Positions 26,844 to 39,543 of a DNA stretch of 57,527 nt are shown one piece after another. The stretch comes from Perkinsus chesapeaki ATCC PRA-425. Lineage: Eukaryota; Protista; Perkinsozoa. How positions within the stretch are numbered: the first letter of the stretch is position 1; each line of letters opens with the position of its first letter. The stretch lies in the NCBI GenBank assembly GCA_013115145.1, contig JAAPAO010000175.1, forward strand, positions 1-57,527, given 5' to 3'. Under the pieces are notes generated by a model. The model was not told the origin of the DNA. It searched no databases and saw only the letters and a program-made list of their open reading frames with translations. A program made the position numbers and the translations under genes.

Positions 26844-29800
26844 ATGTCTGACGAAGAGAAGTTATCGAACCAAGACGAGTCTCAAATGGACGCCAAGACT
26901 CTTGCTAATAGAAAGAAGAGAGAAAAGAAGAAGGCAAAGGCCGCGGCACAGAAGGCTAATGATAATGTACTGTCGCCTTGTGGGGAGGGTTTATTAGTGT
27001 TGATAGGAGGGCGGCAAGAAGATGAGCGCTGTGGCTAAGCAGGCAGCTGCCCGATTGGAAGCCAAACGACAAGCTGAAGAGGAACAGAAACGACTGGAGG
27101 AGGAGGCCCAAAGGAAGGCTGAGGAAGAGGGTAACAATAATGTAATATAGATGGGTTACAGGTGTCATTAGAGCGACTTGCTGAAGAGCGTGCTAGGAAG
27201 GAAAAGGAAGAGAAAGAACGAAAAGCAGCTGAAAAAAGGGCACGGAAAGAAAGGCTGCGAGCTGAGGGAAAATTGCTGTCGAAAAAAGAGAAGGAACAAA
27301 AGGCTAAAGCTGATGCGTAATACCGTTAAGTGAAGGCGTTCAGGTCCGTATTATAGGTATCGCCAAATGCTAATTGAAAGCGGCCAGCTTCCCGCTGCGG
27401 CCGCCTCTGAGGAGGGTAGTGTTGGCAAGCCCAAAAAGCAGAGCGATCTATATGGCAAGAAGAAGAGCCATAAACATAAGAAGCAGCCAAGTCATGTTGA
27501 GGAGAGTGTCACTTCCTCCAATCCTAATGAGGAAGATGTGGATGATTGGGAGAAGGAAGGAGAGTCGGATAAGAAGAGCGAGTCTGCTGAGGTAGAATTT
27601 GGTGGCGCGTGACGATGTTGTGTATTTGGGAATTGTAGTCTGTGGATGACTGGGAGCTTTTGGATGACTCTGATGACGAGAAGATCGAGGCGTATCCTAC
27701 TCACGTCGAAAATAAGCCGCAGAAGAATAACGAGGAGGTTATTGATGTTAAGGGTAAGTAGTCCGGTTGGGAACGCCCTTGTTCGAAAGTTAATCACCCT
27801 TATCGTTGAGACCGGCGTAAGTTCTATTCCCATGACATCCATTTCAGGTAAATTTGCGGCAGCAGATCCCTTCGACTCCTCCGACTCTGAATTCCGTTCC
27901 CCCATATGCTGTATCATGGGTCACGTCGATACTGGTAAAACGAAGTTGTTGGATAAGATACGGAAAACTACAGTTCAGGAAGGTAACGGGAAAAGGAGAT
28001 TCACATAACACCATTCGGAGTAGTACCAGTAGGAATAGAACTGCCCATAAATACTCATCACGTATCCTTATAGGAAATGTAGATGTACTCCAGTCTCAAT
28101 ATACGTTGTTGTACACAATGTCCCACACACTCCCAACTCCCTCCTGATTTCATTCGAATGCTAACTATTACTTTGAGACTGTTTCGAGGCACTACTTTAA
28201 TTGCCAATCGTCTGTATTTCCAAACTCCTCTTCTATCATCTCAGGTGAGGCTGGTGGTATCACACAGCAAATTGGTGCTACATTTTTCCCGGAGGCAAGC
28301 CTCCAAGATGCGGTCCATAAGGTTAACCTCACCAGTCGAGGCGCTAATGTCGACCTTAAGGTAACCATTCTCGGCAGAGGTGATGATGATTTTCCATCGC
28401 TCTGTCGGTCAGCTTCCTGGTCTCCTCATTATCGATACACCCGGTCATGAGTCCTTCAACAACCTTCGTGTCCGAGGCAGCTCACTATGTGATATAGCCA
28501 TACTGGTTGTGGATATCATGCATGGCTTGGAGCCCCAGACGATAGAGAGTTTGGAGCTTTTGCGCAATAGGAAGTGTCCTTTCATAATAGCTTTGAACAA
28601 GATTGATAGGTAATAAAGGGAAGTCTGCTAACGAACGGATGCCGCTGTTTATTTTCCCTCGTCGTTTGTGCCATCTGTCAACCTCGCGTCTGGTACTATA
28701 ACAGCAGCTATAACAGTTGGGACATGTATGCACTTGAGTGGACCCTGCCTGAGTTATTAGTACTGTGACGTAAGAGACCACTAGGGAGGTCCGGCCAGAG
28801 GCCATTAGGAGGGAGAGCCTCACTTCGATTATCAAATATGATATCCATCGATTGTTAATGCTATATGCCTCTACATCTCGACTTCCCTCATTTCTGTCCG
28901 CCTCTTTCTCCACTGTTCCTCTCTGTTAGACTCTATCAATGGCGTTCGTCAGCTAATCGTCCTTCTAGAGATAGCCTTAAGGCTCAGAAGGACTATGTGA
29001 AGCATGAATTCGATGACCGCCTTAAACGTATACAATTGCAGCTGGCGGAGCGAGGCCTAAACACGGCTATCTATTGGGAGAATCATGATGTTAGACGGGA
29101 CGTCAGTATTGTGCCGACCTCAGCCGTCACTGGAGAGGGCGTGCCGGACTTGCTGTACCTTATTGTCAAGCTGACCCAGACTCTAATGGCGAAGAAGATC
29201 ACAAAGCAGCCTAATGTGTTCCAGTGCACTGTATTGGAGGTTAAGAATATAGAGGGTTTGGGCACCACTATCGACGTTATATTGGTCAACGGTCAACTGA
29301 AGGACACAGACCAGATATGTGTATGTACGTTGGGTGGGCCTGTGATAACATCTATAAGGGCTTTACTCACGCCACCACCAGCCAAGGAGATTAGGGTTAA
29401 ATCGGAGTATGTTCATCATAAAGTCATTAATGGTAAGCTGGGCAGGAGTGCGCGAAGTGAGCTCTGAGGAATCTTTAGGTTCAATGGGGGTAAAGATATG
29501 CGCCCCGGGTCTCGAGGAGGCTGTGGCCGGTACGCAGCTTATCGTTATGAAGCCGGGCGACGATCCGGAGGAGGTGAAGAGGCGTGCCATGGCAGATTAC
29601 AAGGCGGTTGTGAACGAGTTCAAGAGATCTCCGGAGGGTGTTTATGTGAAGGCATCTACTTTGGGCTCTTTGGAGGCATTGCTTGACTTCCTTAAGAGCA
29701 GCGATATTCCGGTCAACCAAGTTGGCATTGGTGAAGTCCATCTTATGGATGTTAGGAAGGCCTCTATTATGTTGGAAAAGAAAAAGGAGTATGCTGTTAT

Positions 29801-30410
29801 ATTGGCCTTTGATGTGAAGGTGTCCCCGGAGGCTCGAGACGAAGCTGAGAAACTGGGTGTTAAAATCATGACCGCTGAAATCATCTACCATTTGTTCGAC
29901 CAGTTTACGGCGTATATGGAGCAAGTGAAGCAAGAGAAGAGACAGCAAGTTCAAGAGGACGCTGTGTTCCCAGTTGTAGGCTAACTGGTGTGATTTATTT
30001 ATACCATATTTCCTTCACATCAGGTCCTTAATATCATCCCACAGTACGTATTTAACAAGAAGGACCCGATTGTCGTTGGCGTAGACGTTACTGAGGGCAC
30101 TCTTCGGCTTAACACTCCTCTATGTGTGCCGGACAAAGGCTTCTTGGAGATAGGTCGCGTAGCTAGTATCGAGAAGGACCATCGGCCGGTGGAGAAGGCC
30201 ATCAAGGGTGACAGTGTGGCCATCAAGATCCAGCCTACTGCTGCCCAAGCACACGTCACCTACGGACGCCACTTTGATTCCTCGAACACGCTGATGTCTC
30301 TGATCAACCGAAGGACTATCGATTGCTTGAAGGAGAACTTCAGAGATGACATGAGGAAGGAAGATTGGCAGCTCATTATGAGGATGAAACCTATCTTTGG
30401 TATACAGTGA
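26844..30410 (+). CDS. EIF5B: Translation initiation factor eIF5B, multi-exon
   Basis: [71 protein letters not shown]. Confidence 0.96.
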
Positions 30411-30742
30411 TCCCCCGACGACGCCGCCGTCACAACGTCACATCTACAACAGGTACCTATAACAACTCACTAGCTTCTGTTTCCGAGCTGCTGTTTTCGG
30501 TGTGGAGTTTGGGGAGGGGTGGCCCATTGGGGTGGGACGTAGACTGCAGGCTAGTACAGTTGTAGATGAAGTGATTATCTAATTGCACCTATTGAAGGAG
30601 CAGTCGATCGTATTATTATTTCGTGGAAGAGTTCACTTCTCATATTTATAAATGTTGATCAATTTTATGAAATATATGTTAGTAATATATATATATATTG
30701 TTTTGTAAGCGTAGCAGCTTGTTGGTAGTAGTGAGTTCCAAA

Positions 30743-31211
30743 ATGGCGATACAGAAGAAACGTAAGAAGAACGCTAATAATACTAGAGGAGGCATTGTTA
30801 AGGCTAAGAGGCATACAAGAGATATAGATCAGGTAGATATAAGGTCGTCAACAACGACAACCGGCCTATTTTACGGTTTTTCTATCAGATTCACGACGAT
30901 CTAAAGGCCCCTGAGAAGTTCTCTAATATGCCAGTTGATGAGGACCTTCCTGGTCGAGGACAGCACTACTGTGTTGCGTGCGCCAAGTAAGCAATGGTTA
31001 TCATATATTTTCCTAAATATGCTCCCTTAGGTACTTCATAACGGACATAGCCTTAGTAGCTCACTTCAAGACAGCCAAGCACCGCCGTAGGCTGAAACAG
31101 GCTCTCGAAGGTAAAGACCGTAGAATACGGATTGTGTCAGCTGTCCCCTTTTTATCAGATCCTCACACACAGGAGTCCGCCGAGGCCGCTGTCGGATACG
31201 GTCGGGTGTAG
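30743..31211 (+). CDS. ZNF593: BUD20/ZNF593 C2H2 zinc-finger 60S biogenesis factor, 4 exons
   Basis: KAKRHTRDIDQ|IHDDL..PVDEDLPGRGQHYCVACA|KYFI..HFKTAKHRRRLK..|DPHTQESAEAAVG. Confidence 0.88.
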
Positions 31212-31324
31212 GTGCACTGTCTGTTGTATAATAATACTATCACAACACCAACAACAACGTTTCTTCTATTTATGGGGACAGCTGATTGTGTTACGCCAAA
31301 TTAGGGTTACCAGGGCTTAGATCG

Positions 31325-33700
31325 ATGAACCCTCCGGCGTCCAGAGTTAAGGTCAAGGAGATTGTATTTCGTGGCGACCGCGGGAATTCTCGAGGCAGCT
31401 GTAGTGGATCCCGAAGTCCAGTGCGAGCCCCTAGCAGTAGGCCGCCAGATGGCAGCAGCCGAGGGACTGACCGAGCGCGGGGAGGGCCAAGTCTGCCGGG
31501 AAGGGTAGTCGGAGGGGGTACTCTTTAGGGTGGCATAGTTTCCAAGGTTCTTAAGGCTTTCGCTGTGGGACCTTATTCTCATAATTTATCTGCCACCTTC
31601 GATAGGTGCTGGGAAGAGTAGTGCCCAAGAGTCGTTCCGCTGTTCTAACGTGGAGAAAGCACTCTATTAAACGATTAGATAGCGCTGCTAACTACACTTG
31701 CTTGAGTACATTAGGATACTTAATGATGTCAGACTAATGATATAAAGTATGTGGAATTTATACTACTTCACAGTATAGTCGTCTACAAGCATCCTACATA
31801 GTTCACTCTTGGTATTGATGTCTGGGGTCGCTAAGCATGTTGGAGAGAGAGGAAAAGACTTCGAGGAAATTTCGTAAAATACCGGTAGACTCTTCTCGCA
31901 TCTCCTCAGGCATTGAAATTTATATTTCCTGTATCGATTCGGGGAGGTGGTCGCCAGTTCCACCGCCATAGTCACCACTTTACCATACTGTTTTCTCCAC
32001 ACTGTCCTCCTCCACCTCCCAGGTAGCCTTATAGGTTCCATCACCTCCCCGCCAACCTTACCATCCTCACCAATCCCCTATATCTCGACGGCGTAGTGTA
32101 AGGCGTTCTTCTACGGGGGCGGCGGCGGCATCTGCTACCTCTGGTGGCCCTCCAGGCTATCGTCTACTAGAAGAGCTGGGCAGGTGAGCTGCTATCGAAG
32201 ACCACGAATGTATCAATTTTAAACTCAACAGGGGAGGATGCGCCACAGTCTACCAGGGCGTGGCGGAGGCCTCGGGGCGGCCAGTGGCTATTAAGAAGTT
32301 CGATAAGCTACCATCATCCACTTTACTCTTGCCTCACCAAGTCGCCAGCGAACGACAGGCCGCAAAGGCACAGTCCGACTACGACTCTGCGTGCCGGGAA
32401 ATCGCAGTGCTTCGAGCGTTGAAGGGGCCCGGGCGAATCTGTGAGCTTGTAGAAGTGATAGAAGGGAAGCGAGTGCTGTGGATGGTGCTGGAGCTCTGTC
32501 CTGGGGTGACACTAAGCCGAGGGTTCACAGTACTGAGGGGAGAGTTCGTGGGTGGAAAGAGAATCTACACAGTGCGCCCGACTGAGACGCTCTATAACAT
32601 TATCAGCGATAATGGCAGCTATGGATGTGTCTTTATAAGAGACCTTATTAGGCAAATCTTAGGTAGACCCGCGGTCTGTAAGGCGCCACAATGGATTCTC
32701 AGAGGGCTTGGCCCAGCTTGAGGGTTCTGGATACGTCCATGGCGACTTGAAGCCAGATAATGTGATGCTGAACCTCGTCAACGCTGCACCGTGTATAAAG
32801 CTCATCGATCTCGGCTCGGCATTTCGCCCCATCACAGGGTCGAGATCTCAGGCTGTCGCCACACTGGAGTATCTTTTATTGGCGGCTGTTGATAGTGATT
32901 GGCAGTATTCAGGTACATGCCTCCGGAGGCTCTTTGTGGTGACCATCTCACTGAAGTGTCAGCATGGACCTTAGATACTTGGGCTTTGGGAGCTATGATG
33001 CTCGAATGGTGCACTATGGCCCCTCTATGGTTGTAATACGGAGGCAACAATAACGGTTTGCAGATGTTGATAGCAGGTCCTACCCCTGTCGAGTGTACCT
33101 GCAGCCCAGCTCACCTGCTGCACGAAGATCTCGGCAAGAGGAGGGTTACGTTACCTTTACTCATGGCGGCTTGTTTGCAGTGTCGGGAAAGGACCCTAAT
33201 AGGATAGCACAGAGACAGGTGGAAGTGGTAGTACATTGGGGTGGGCGGGGGAGGTGTCAAAGGGATGCCTACTATCACTAGTACTATACTGTGATTTAGT
33301 ACTTTATTATATATAACTAATCCCTATTATATCTTACAGTCTGTCATGTCTTATGTCATGTCATAGGAGAAAAAATTACCTCAAAACTCTCATTTTGAAG
33401 AAGTTACGGCTGCCTATCGATTCTCCCTCTGTAGATGACCGGTACTGTATAATGATTGGGGTAGTACACGTGCTGCCCCAGTATTAATGTCTTTTCTTCT
33501 ATCCAGCTCAATCCTTAGTACAGTCGTTTTATCATAAAATATTACCAACATTACCGTCTTCACCCCCTCTTCATCACTTCCTTCCTTCCCCAGGTAACCG
33601 AGCTCCCGTATGTACTAGATACTTCTAGACACCATCAATACTGTCCTGGCATACCCCTCGGCAATTGGCAGTACCGCTGTCATCGATCCCGTTTGTAATT
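31325..33700 (+). CDS. Divergent Ser/Thr protein kinase, multi-exon; ends uncertain
   Basis: YRLLEELGR|GGCATVY, VAIKKF, REIAVL, WMVLELC, YVHGDLKPDNVML, IKLIDLGSA, YMPPE, DTWALG; upstream exons from 31325 and the 3' end are tentative. Confidence 0.75.
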
Positions 33701-33821
33701 GTCTATCCTCAGGCACGGTGTAGATTTTCTCACCCAACTGCTGGCCCTACATCCCCAGGATCGCCTATCGGTTCGGCTAGCATCGGCCCATCCCTTCCTC
33801 ACCGCTGGCCATGTCTAGTTC

Positions 33822-35513
33822 ATGTTCCATTTCGAGCTCCCATTGATCTTTGTGTTATTGCTGTCCCCTCAACGCTCCTTTCTAGTTTGTCTTTCAATGC
33901 TTGGAGCTCGGCGGCCGAGGTGTCTGCAATCGGTCCGTCTGCGTAGGCCAGGCAAGCCTCCACCTCAAGGCTTAGCGGACGTGCAGCTACAGCCTATCGC
34001 TTCTATGCCCTCCCTGGATGCTTTACCATCGCCAATCTCCACCACCCCAACAAGGCGAAGGGCCCCGAGGCAGTGCAGAAGTGTAGATCTTCGGTGTCGC
34101 CGTCGTCGGCATTCGGTTGGACCAAGCAGCGGCAGTGCAGCCCTGGGGCCATTATTGACTGTCACCAGATGCTCAACGATACCGAAGGGGGATGATGCAG
34201 CCCCTACCGTTTATAGGAGCAGAACGTAAGGCTAGTATTTTATTATTACCATTTGATAAAGTGTAATGGAAGACTTTGTACTGAAATAATACGGTCAATG
34301 GATAATAGGACTTCATTAGCTTCGAAATCCATTTATAACTGTGTGTGATAATTATCATTTATTAAGTTTTTAGGATTTATATTACATCTCCGTATTACCA
34401 CATTTCCGTTTGATATGTCCTCAGGTATGACCCTCGTAAGTCACCCTATGACTGCTACCGGAGGTCAAGCATACTGTCCTCTATAGATGGTATAGGAGGA
34501 TCACCATTGAGGGTGATTGGTAAGAGACCAGGACAGCAGCAGCAAGAGGCTCAGGACTTCTCCGATATGTTTGATGATGACGAAGGATGGGATGGGGATG
34601 AAGATGATGATGATGACGCTCTCGCCGAAGGTCAAGCCGACAGGGAACTGGTGAGCCACTCTCGGGCCGACGGTTGGCTAATGCTCAGTTGACGATCCAC
34701 GCCAGAATATCGAAGACCTCTATGGTATACCAATCGAGGACGATTGGTATACCAACCAACGAAGTTGAGTTCACATTCGTTTACGTTAATCAAATTTCAA
34801 TGCTTACATAGTGTCAAGTAAAATAGATTAAATATCACTAATAAGAGGACATTTCCTGAAGGGTTTATCTAACTCAGAATTTTCACAGACTTCCCTTCCG
34901 ACTATTCATGACATTTGAAAAGGCCACTGGTCTGTCCAAAGGCGGGGGCGTGATTACTCCATCTTCCACGTTTATATGCTATCTTGACCTTAGGACTGTG
35001 GTTTGACGGCTCGAGAGCTTCTAGATCTCCTATCGAGGGATATCACACCAGATGACTACGATACCTTGCTTAAATTGGATCAGCGTGTTCCTCCTAGGAC
35101 CGCCAAGCCAGAGGTAACAGTCGGGGCTGGCGGTCGATGATGCCAGCATATCTTCTACAGTCTATATCAAACTTGACGGTCCTTTCTATAGAGGAGATCA
35201 AGCAGCTGATAGGCAAGGGTGAGGTCGACAAATGTGGGGTAAGCCCTGGACCATGCTGGGACCCGCCAACCCAGTGTCCCAATTTCAGGTCTGCCTGTCC
35301 CCACTCCTCGGCAACAATGACGACGACTCTGATACCACAGGTCAAGCCTCTTCCTCTTCTAGTGCGAGCCCAATAGATGTTATTAGACTGCCAAGATGCG
35401 GTCATGTTTTCCATGGCAAATGTGCCCGGTTGTGGCTAAGCAAGTTCGGCAGGACGTGCCCGATCGATCGAGTAGAGGTCGACGAGGACAGCGCCTCGGA
35501 TCCCGGCGCATAA
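33822..35513 (+). CDS. RING-H2-type E3 ligase-like protein, multi-exon; start uncertain
   Basis: LLSRDITPDDYDTLLKLD, then DKCG|VCLSP...RLPRCGHVFHGKCARLWL..TCPID. Confidence 0.7.
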
Positions 35514-35700
35514 TCGCGCTGTAAAGATTTCAGATTGCAACTTGTACAATGGCCCATGATGTGAATCTTTACCAGCTATCGATGTCGAAATCTCCTAGGC
35601 TTTGTGTTGAGTGATATAAATGCCGCGTGCCGGGATCGAACCTGCGGCCTCCTTAAGCCTTATCCTTCCCATGAGCGCGGGGACAGCAGTGTGGAGTGAA

Positions 35701-36948
35701 ATGCGGCAGCTCCGCGTGATGGTCGGGCTGCGACAGGTGAGCTATTCGCCTTCCTCCCTCCCTCCTTCCCAGCCGGCCCGCCCAGGTCCTTATGCGAAAA
35801 TTCAACCAACCAGCGGCTCTGATGGAACGGCGAGTCATCAGCAGCGATGCTTTTGGCGTTAACGTGCTGAAGCCATGGGCTCGATGGTGAGCAGCTCGAA
35901 GGGTGTGAAAGACCATCCCCGCAGGTGTGTCGAGAACAAACGAGTCTTCACCGGCTCTGATGTGGCCAAACTGGTTGATGCTGTCCCATTGAAATTGCCC
36001 AAGTCGATTCCAGCGCCAAAAACTGTCAACCAAGCTCTGACAAGAGTACATCCTGTCACTGTAGAGGATATACAGTGGATGCTCAATCTAATCAAAAGGA
36101 GAGGTACCTTGGACGAGAACATAGGCTACGGAGAGTAAGGAAAATGCAAGATTTGCAAGATGAGCAAGATTTACAGGTACCCCAAAATTCTTGCACGAAC
36201 TGGGCCTAGATATCCCTTTTCTCCGTATAACTATGAGCGATTGGTCGACATGTGTGGAGATCTGTGGGGTTCGGAGTTATCAGAACAAGGACCATTGCCA
36301 GAGTCACAGCAGGAGGATAAGCCTGATGATGAGGAATTGAGGAAGATGGATCTTCAGGTAAGGGCGGCAAGAGCTCGCTGCTCATCGTCCAGGGACTTCC
36401 TCCATAATGCACATTGTGTTCCGTTACAGAGCAGCAGGTTACTGATGGGCACCAATTGGCACAAAAGGAATGAATTTGATGTCTCTTTCGACCGCTTTGA
36501 AGGTCTTTGAAGGTCGAATTCTTATAACGGGACTTCTATTGTATAATTCCTCCTCCGCCTTAGGAACAGGTTATCGCTAGGCCAGATAAATCCCCATTAC
36601 GTCCATCTGCCTCCTCTACTCTGTTCGTTCAGGAATATTCCTGGCGTGTAGAGGACAATCAGGACAAGCAAGAATGGGATTGGCTGCGGCCACGTAATGA
36701 GGCCTTTTAAGGCAATCAACATGCCCAATGAGAGTTTCTGTTCCCCCTCTCCCTGTTGGATAGTTAATTTCGTGGCGCGCGGTAACTGTAGTTAGGCCAC
36801 TGTCATGTTGCTGCCTAAGATCACCTTGCTTGTATTCGCAAGTGTTGTCATTGGGGTGGAAGTGGACGACGCGGAGCTTCGCAAACTCGAGCAGACCGTG
36901 GAAATGATGGAAGCTCTCTTGGAGCGATTTGAAAAGAATGGCTGGTGA
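35701..36948 (+). CDS. Hypothetical multi-exon protein with a basic N-terminus (possibly organelle-targeted)
   Basis: Exons join via GT-AG introns: MRQLRVMVGLRQ|VLMRKFNQ..PWARW|CVENKRVF..; last exon ..LLERFEKNGW*; no family recognised. Confidence 0.5.
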
Positions 36949-36968
36949 CCAGGCGAGGCCGCCATAAG

Positions 36969-37613
36969 ATGTTCAGTGGGCTCCTTCAGTCTCGCCAAGC
37001 ACCAAGAAAATCCGGAACCAGAGGACGAGGAAGACTCGGTCAAAAACGACGACGATATCGTACGTCATTGGCAAAGAGGCCCCCCGACTGAAACGGGTGA
37101 GGTGACCGCCCTCAGGACCCAGAGAACCCACCGCCATGGTACCTTCCTCGAGTGCCCAACGGCATTCTCATGTGGCTCAGCGCTAGAGCTCCAGATCTCC
37201 TCATACCACTGAGGATGAGCCCAAATGTTCCAGAGCCACCATTCAGATTCACCGATCCCTCGGATCCTCTACCGATCGTTACGAGTGAAAGCAAGCAAGT
37301 TCAAGCACCTCCCCTTCAAACAAGATCGTGTCCCCTCAGGCCTGATGAAACTGGCGAGGAAGGGCCCTTTGGGAAGCAGCCCGAATGGCCCCGAGGATTT
37401 GGTGACCGCCTGTCTGTCATTAAGTTCGACTATATAATAGACCCCGAGACAGGCCAGGCTCGGGCTCCCGAGGACGATACTGCCAACGCGGTGAGGCTTC
37501 CTCCGCTACCTATCGGATGGATGCTGTTGTCCAGCAGGTCCGGACGGCTTGCGAATATCTCCTTCCTCTGGACATCTGTGGCGAGCCAGATCCACAGACA
37601 TGCGATGGTCTAA
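36969..37613 (+). CDS. Hypothetical protein with a WW-like segment; may extend to about 37900
   Basis: Open frame 37152-37613 ending LPPLPIGWMLLSSRSGRL; structure unresolved. Confidence 0.35.
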
Positions 37614-37912
37614 TAGTGTCCATCGGTCCCAGGACCAACTGCCATCAGCTTTGCCGTAGAAAGCAGTTATACTGTCTGGATGCGTGGGATGATGAGGACA
37701 CCGAGGGATGCCCGACTGCTGGGCTCATCGACAGGATCGGGTACGCTAGCTGCTGCTGTGAACTCTTCAGCATTGTCACTTTTCAGGTGTGATGCCGCTC
37801 CTCGACGGAGTCAAGTGTGCCGATGTAGTCTGCTTCCACCATCCGACTAGCCCAGCCTCAGTTGCGTTGAACAAAACACACATGCCTTCAAAGAAACGAA
37901 TAATACTCAGGA

Positions 37913-39472
37913 TTAATGACAAACATCTTCCTGTTCTCGGCGACGCCTTCGCAGTCTAGAGCTCTGCTGCATCAACATCGAGCATCCATCTCCGAGGTCC
38001 AGCCGGACATTCACGTCCTCGGGGTCCAGCCCCTCCACCCCGGCCAGTTTCTTACGGACGTCCTCAGCAGCCTCTCGAGCATCATCAAGACCACTCAGTG
38101 TCCTCGATTGCCCACCAGTGGGACGAAGACCAATGGAAATGTCCGCCCTCGCCGAAACATCGGAGCCACCGGTGTTTGAGAAGTGAACAGTGACATCTTC
38201 AACCGGCAGGTAGCCGGCCAGCCTCGACCGAACCTCCTTCTCGATCCTCGACGCCGACAGCCCAGAGGAGTCACCTTCCTCCTCCTCCTCATCGGGCTTC
38301 GTCTGTTCCACAGTGGCCGGGGCCAGGTTGACCATAACCTCGCCAATACTAGGATCCGCCTCGGTGACGGCCCTACGTAATGTTACAGCCGCTTGGTATG
38401 CGGCAGATACCGTCATCGATTCCGGTACTAACATCTGGAGGTCTACCATCGTATAGGGACCGGACCGTCTCGCCCGGAGATGTTTCACATCGATGACATC
38501 TGGGGAAGACTTGAGAGCAGCGGCCCGCACAGTGTCCAGCAGAGCCTGGTGGCCCACACGCTTGTCCAACAGCTCGACCATGGCGTCCCAGGTGAGGGAG
38601 ATACCAGTCTTACCAACCATTGCCGCCACCACCAGACCGGCGACCGGATCAGCCAGGCTAGTCAGACTCGACATTGATATCCCGATGAGGGCCACTATCG
38701 AAGACAAGGCGTCCGATCGGTGGTGATAGGCATTCGCTATGACCACGGAGGAGTTGGCCTCCCGACCGACGTGGACGGTCCATCGGAACAATGCTTCCTT
38801 GACCACTATAGAGGATATAACTCCAGCAAGGGCCAATGGATAGTTGGTTATCTCCCCAAGTTGAGCGGCTTCCGAGGCACCATGTTCGGCGACGGCAGAG
38901 AGTACTGTACCGAGCGGACCACCGATGCTGCCCAAGTGCGGCAGGCCCACAGCCATTATGATGTCAATGGCGTGCATGCCAATACCGGCGGCAGCCAGAC
39001 AGACCATCCCTCCGACCATCAGGGAGCCTAAGGCCTCGTATCTGCCGTAACCGTACGGGTAGTTTTTATCCGGTGGTCGGCGAGACAGCTTAACAGTGCC
39101 AAGTGTGACGAAATCACTAAGTAGATCCGAGATAGAGTGGAAGGCATCGGCCACAAGGGAGGCGCTGCCGCTGCTGAGACCAGCGCCCAGTTTAAAGGCG
39201 CTAAGCCCGACATTGCTGACCAACCCCACCCACGTGACTTTGGTACATGCCTTCTCTGCCTCCACATCCTCCTTACTCTTTGTACCATTTAGGGGAGTAA
39301 CCAACGCCTGGGTATTGTGCCATCGGATGAGCCGGACAGGTGGACTGCTCCGGGCTAGGGGGCCGAGGACTCGCAGGGCCGGCAGAACCCCGGCCGCCGA
39401 CGCGGGCAGCAGATGGCGGCCCGCAACTGTGAGCATGAGAAACAAACTGTCTGACAGAAGTACGCCACCCAT
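37913..39472 (-). CDS. Cation diffusion facilitator (CDF) metal transporter, MMT/MTP-like, intronless
   Basis: SLVADAFHSISD, YPYGYGRYEALG, ANAYHHRSDALSS, cytoplasmic dimerisation domain LRARRSGP; presequence-like N-terminus. Confidence 0.92.
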   Translation of the reverse strand: MGGVLLSDSLFLMLTVAGRHLLPASAAGVLPALRVLGPLARSSPPVRLIRWHNTQALVTPLNGTKSKEDVEAEKACTKVTWVGLVSNVGLSAFKLGAGLSSGSASLVADAFHSISDLLSDFVTLGTVKLSRRPPDKNYPYGYGRYEALGSLMVGGMVCLAAAGIGMHAIDIIMAVGLPHLGSIGGPLGTVLSAVAEHGASEAAQLGEITNYPLALAGVISSIVVKEALFRWTVHVGREANSSVVIANAYHHRSDALSSIVALIGISMSSLTSLADPVAGLVVAAMVGKTGISLTWDAMVELLDKRVGHQALLDTVRAAALKSSPDVIDVKHLRARRSGPYTMVDLQMLVPESMTVSAAYQAAVTLRRAVTEADPSIGEVMVNLAPATVEQTKPDEEEEEGDSSGLSASRIEKEVRSRLAGYLPVEDVTVHFSNTGGSDVSARADISIGLRPTGGQSRTLSGLDDAREAAEDVRKKLAGVEGLDPEDVNVRLDLGDGCSMLMQQSSRLRRRRREQEDVCH

Positions 39473-39543
39473 GGGAGGAATAACTCAACAGCACCATGAA
39501 GTGAAACTGGTACGTTGGTAGATGCCGTCGGCAGCGGGGGGGC

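Noticed and set aside
31763-32044. Basic minus-strand ORF resembling a mitoribosomal protein
   Set aside because: Overlaps probable upstream exons of the plus-strand kinase; no family recognised
35521-35572. GTAAAGATT...AATCTTTAC hairpin after the RING stop (SECIS-like?)
   Set aside because: Lacks the ATGA/GA quartet, and no in-frame TGA candidate was found
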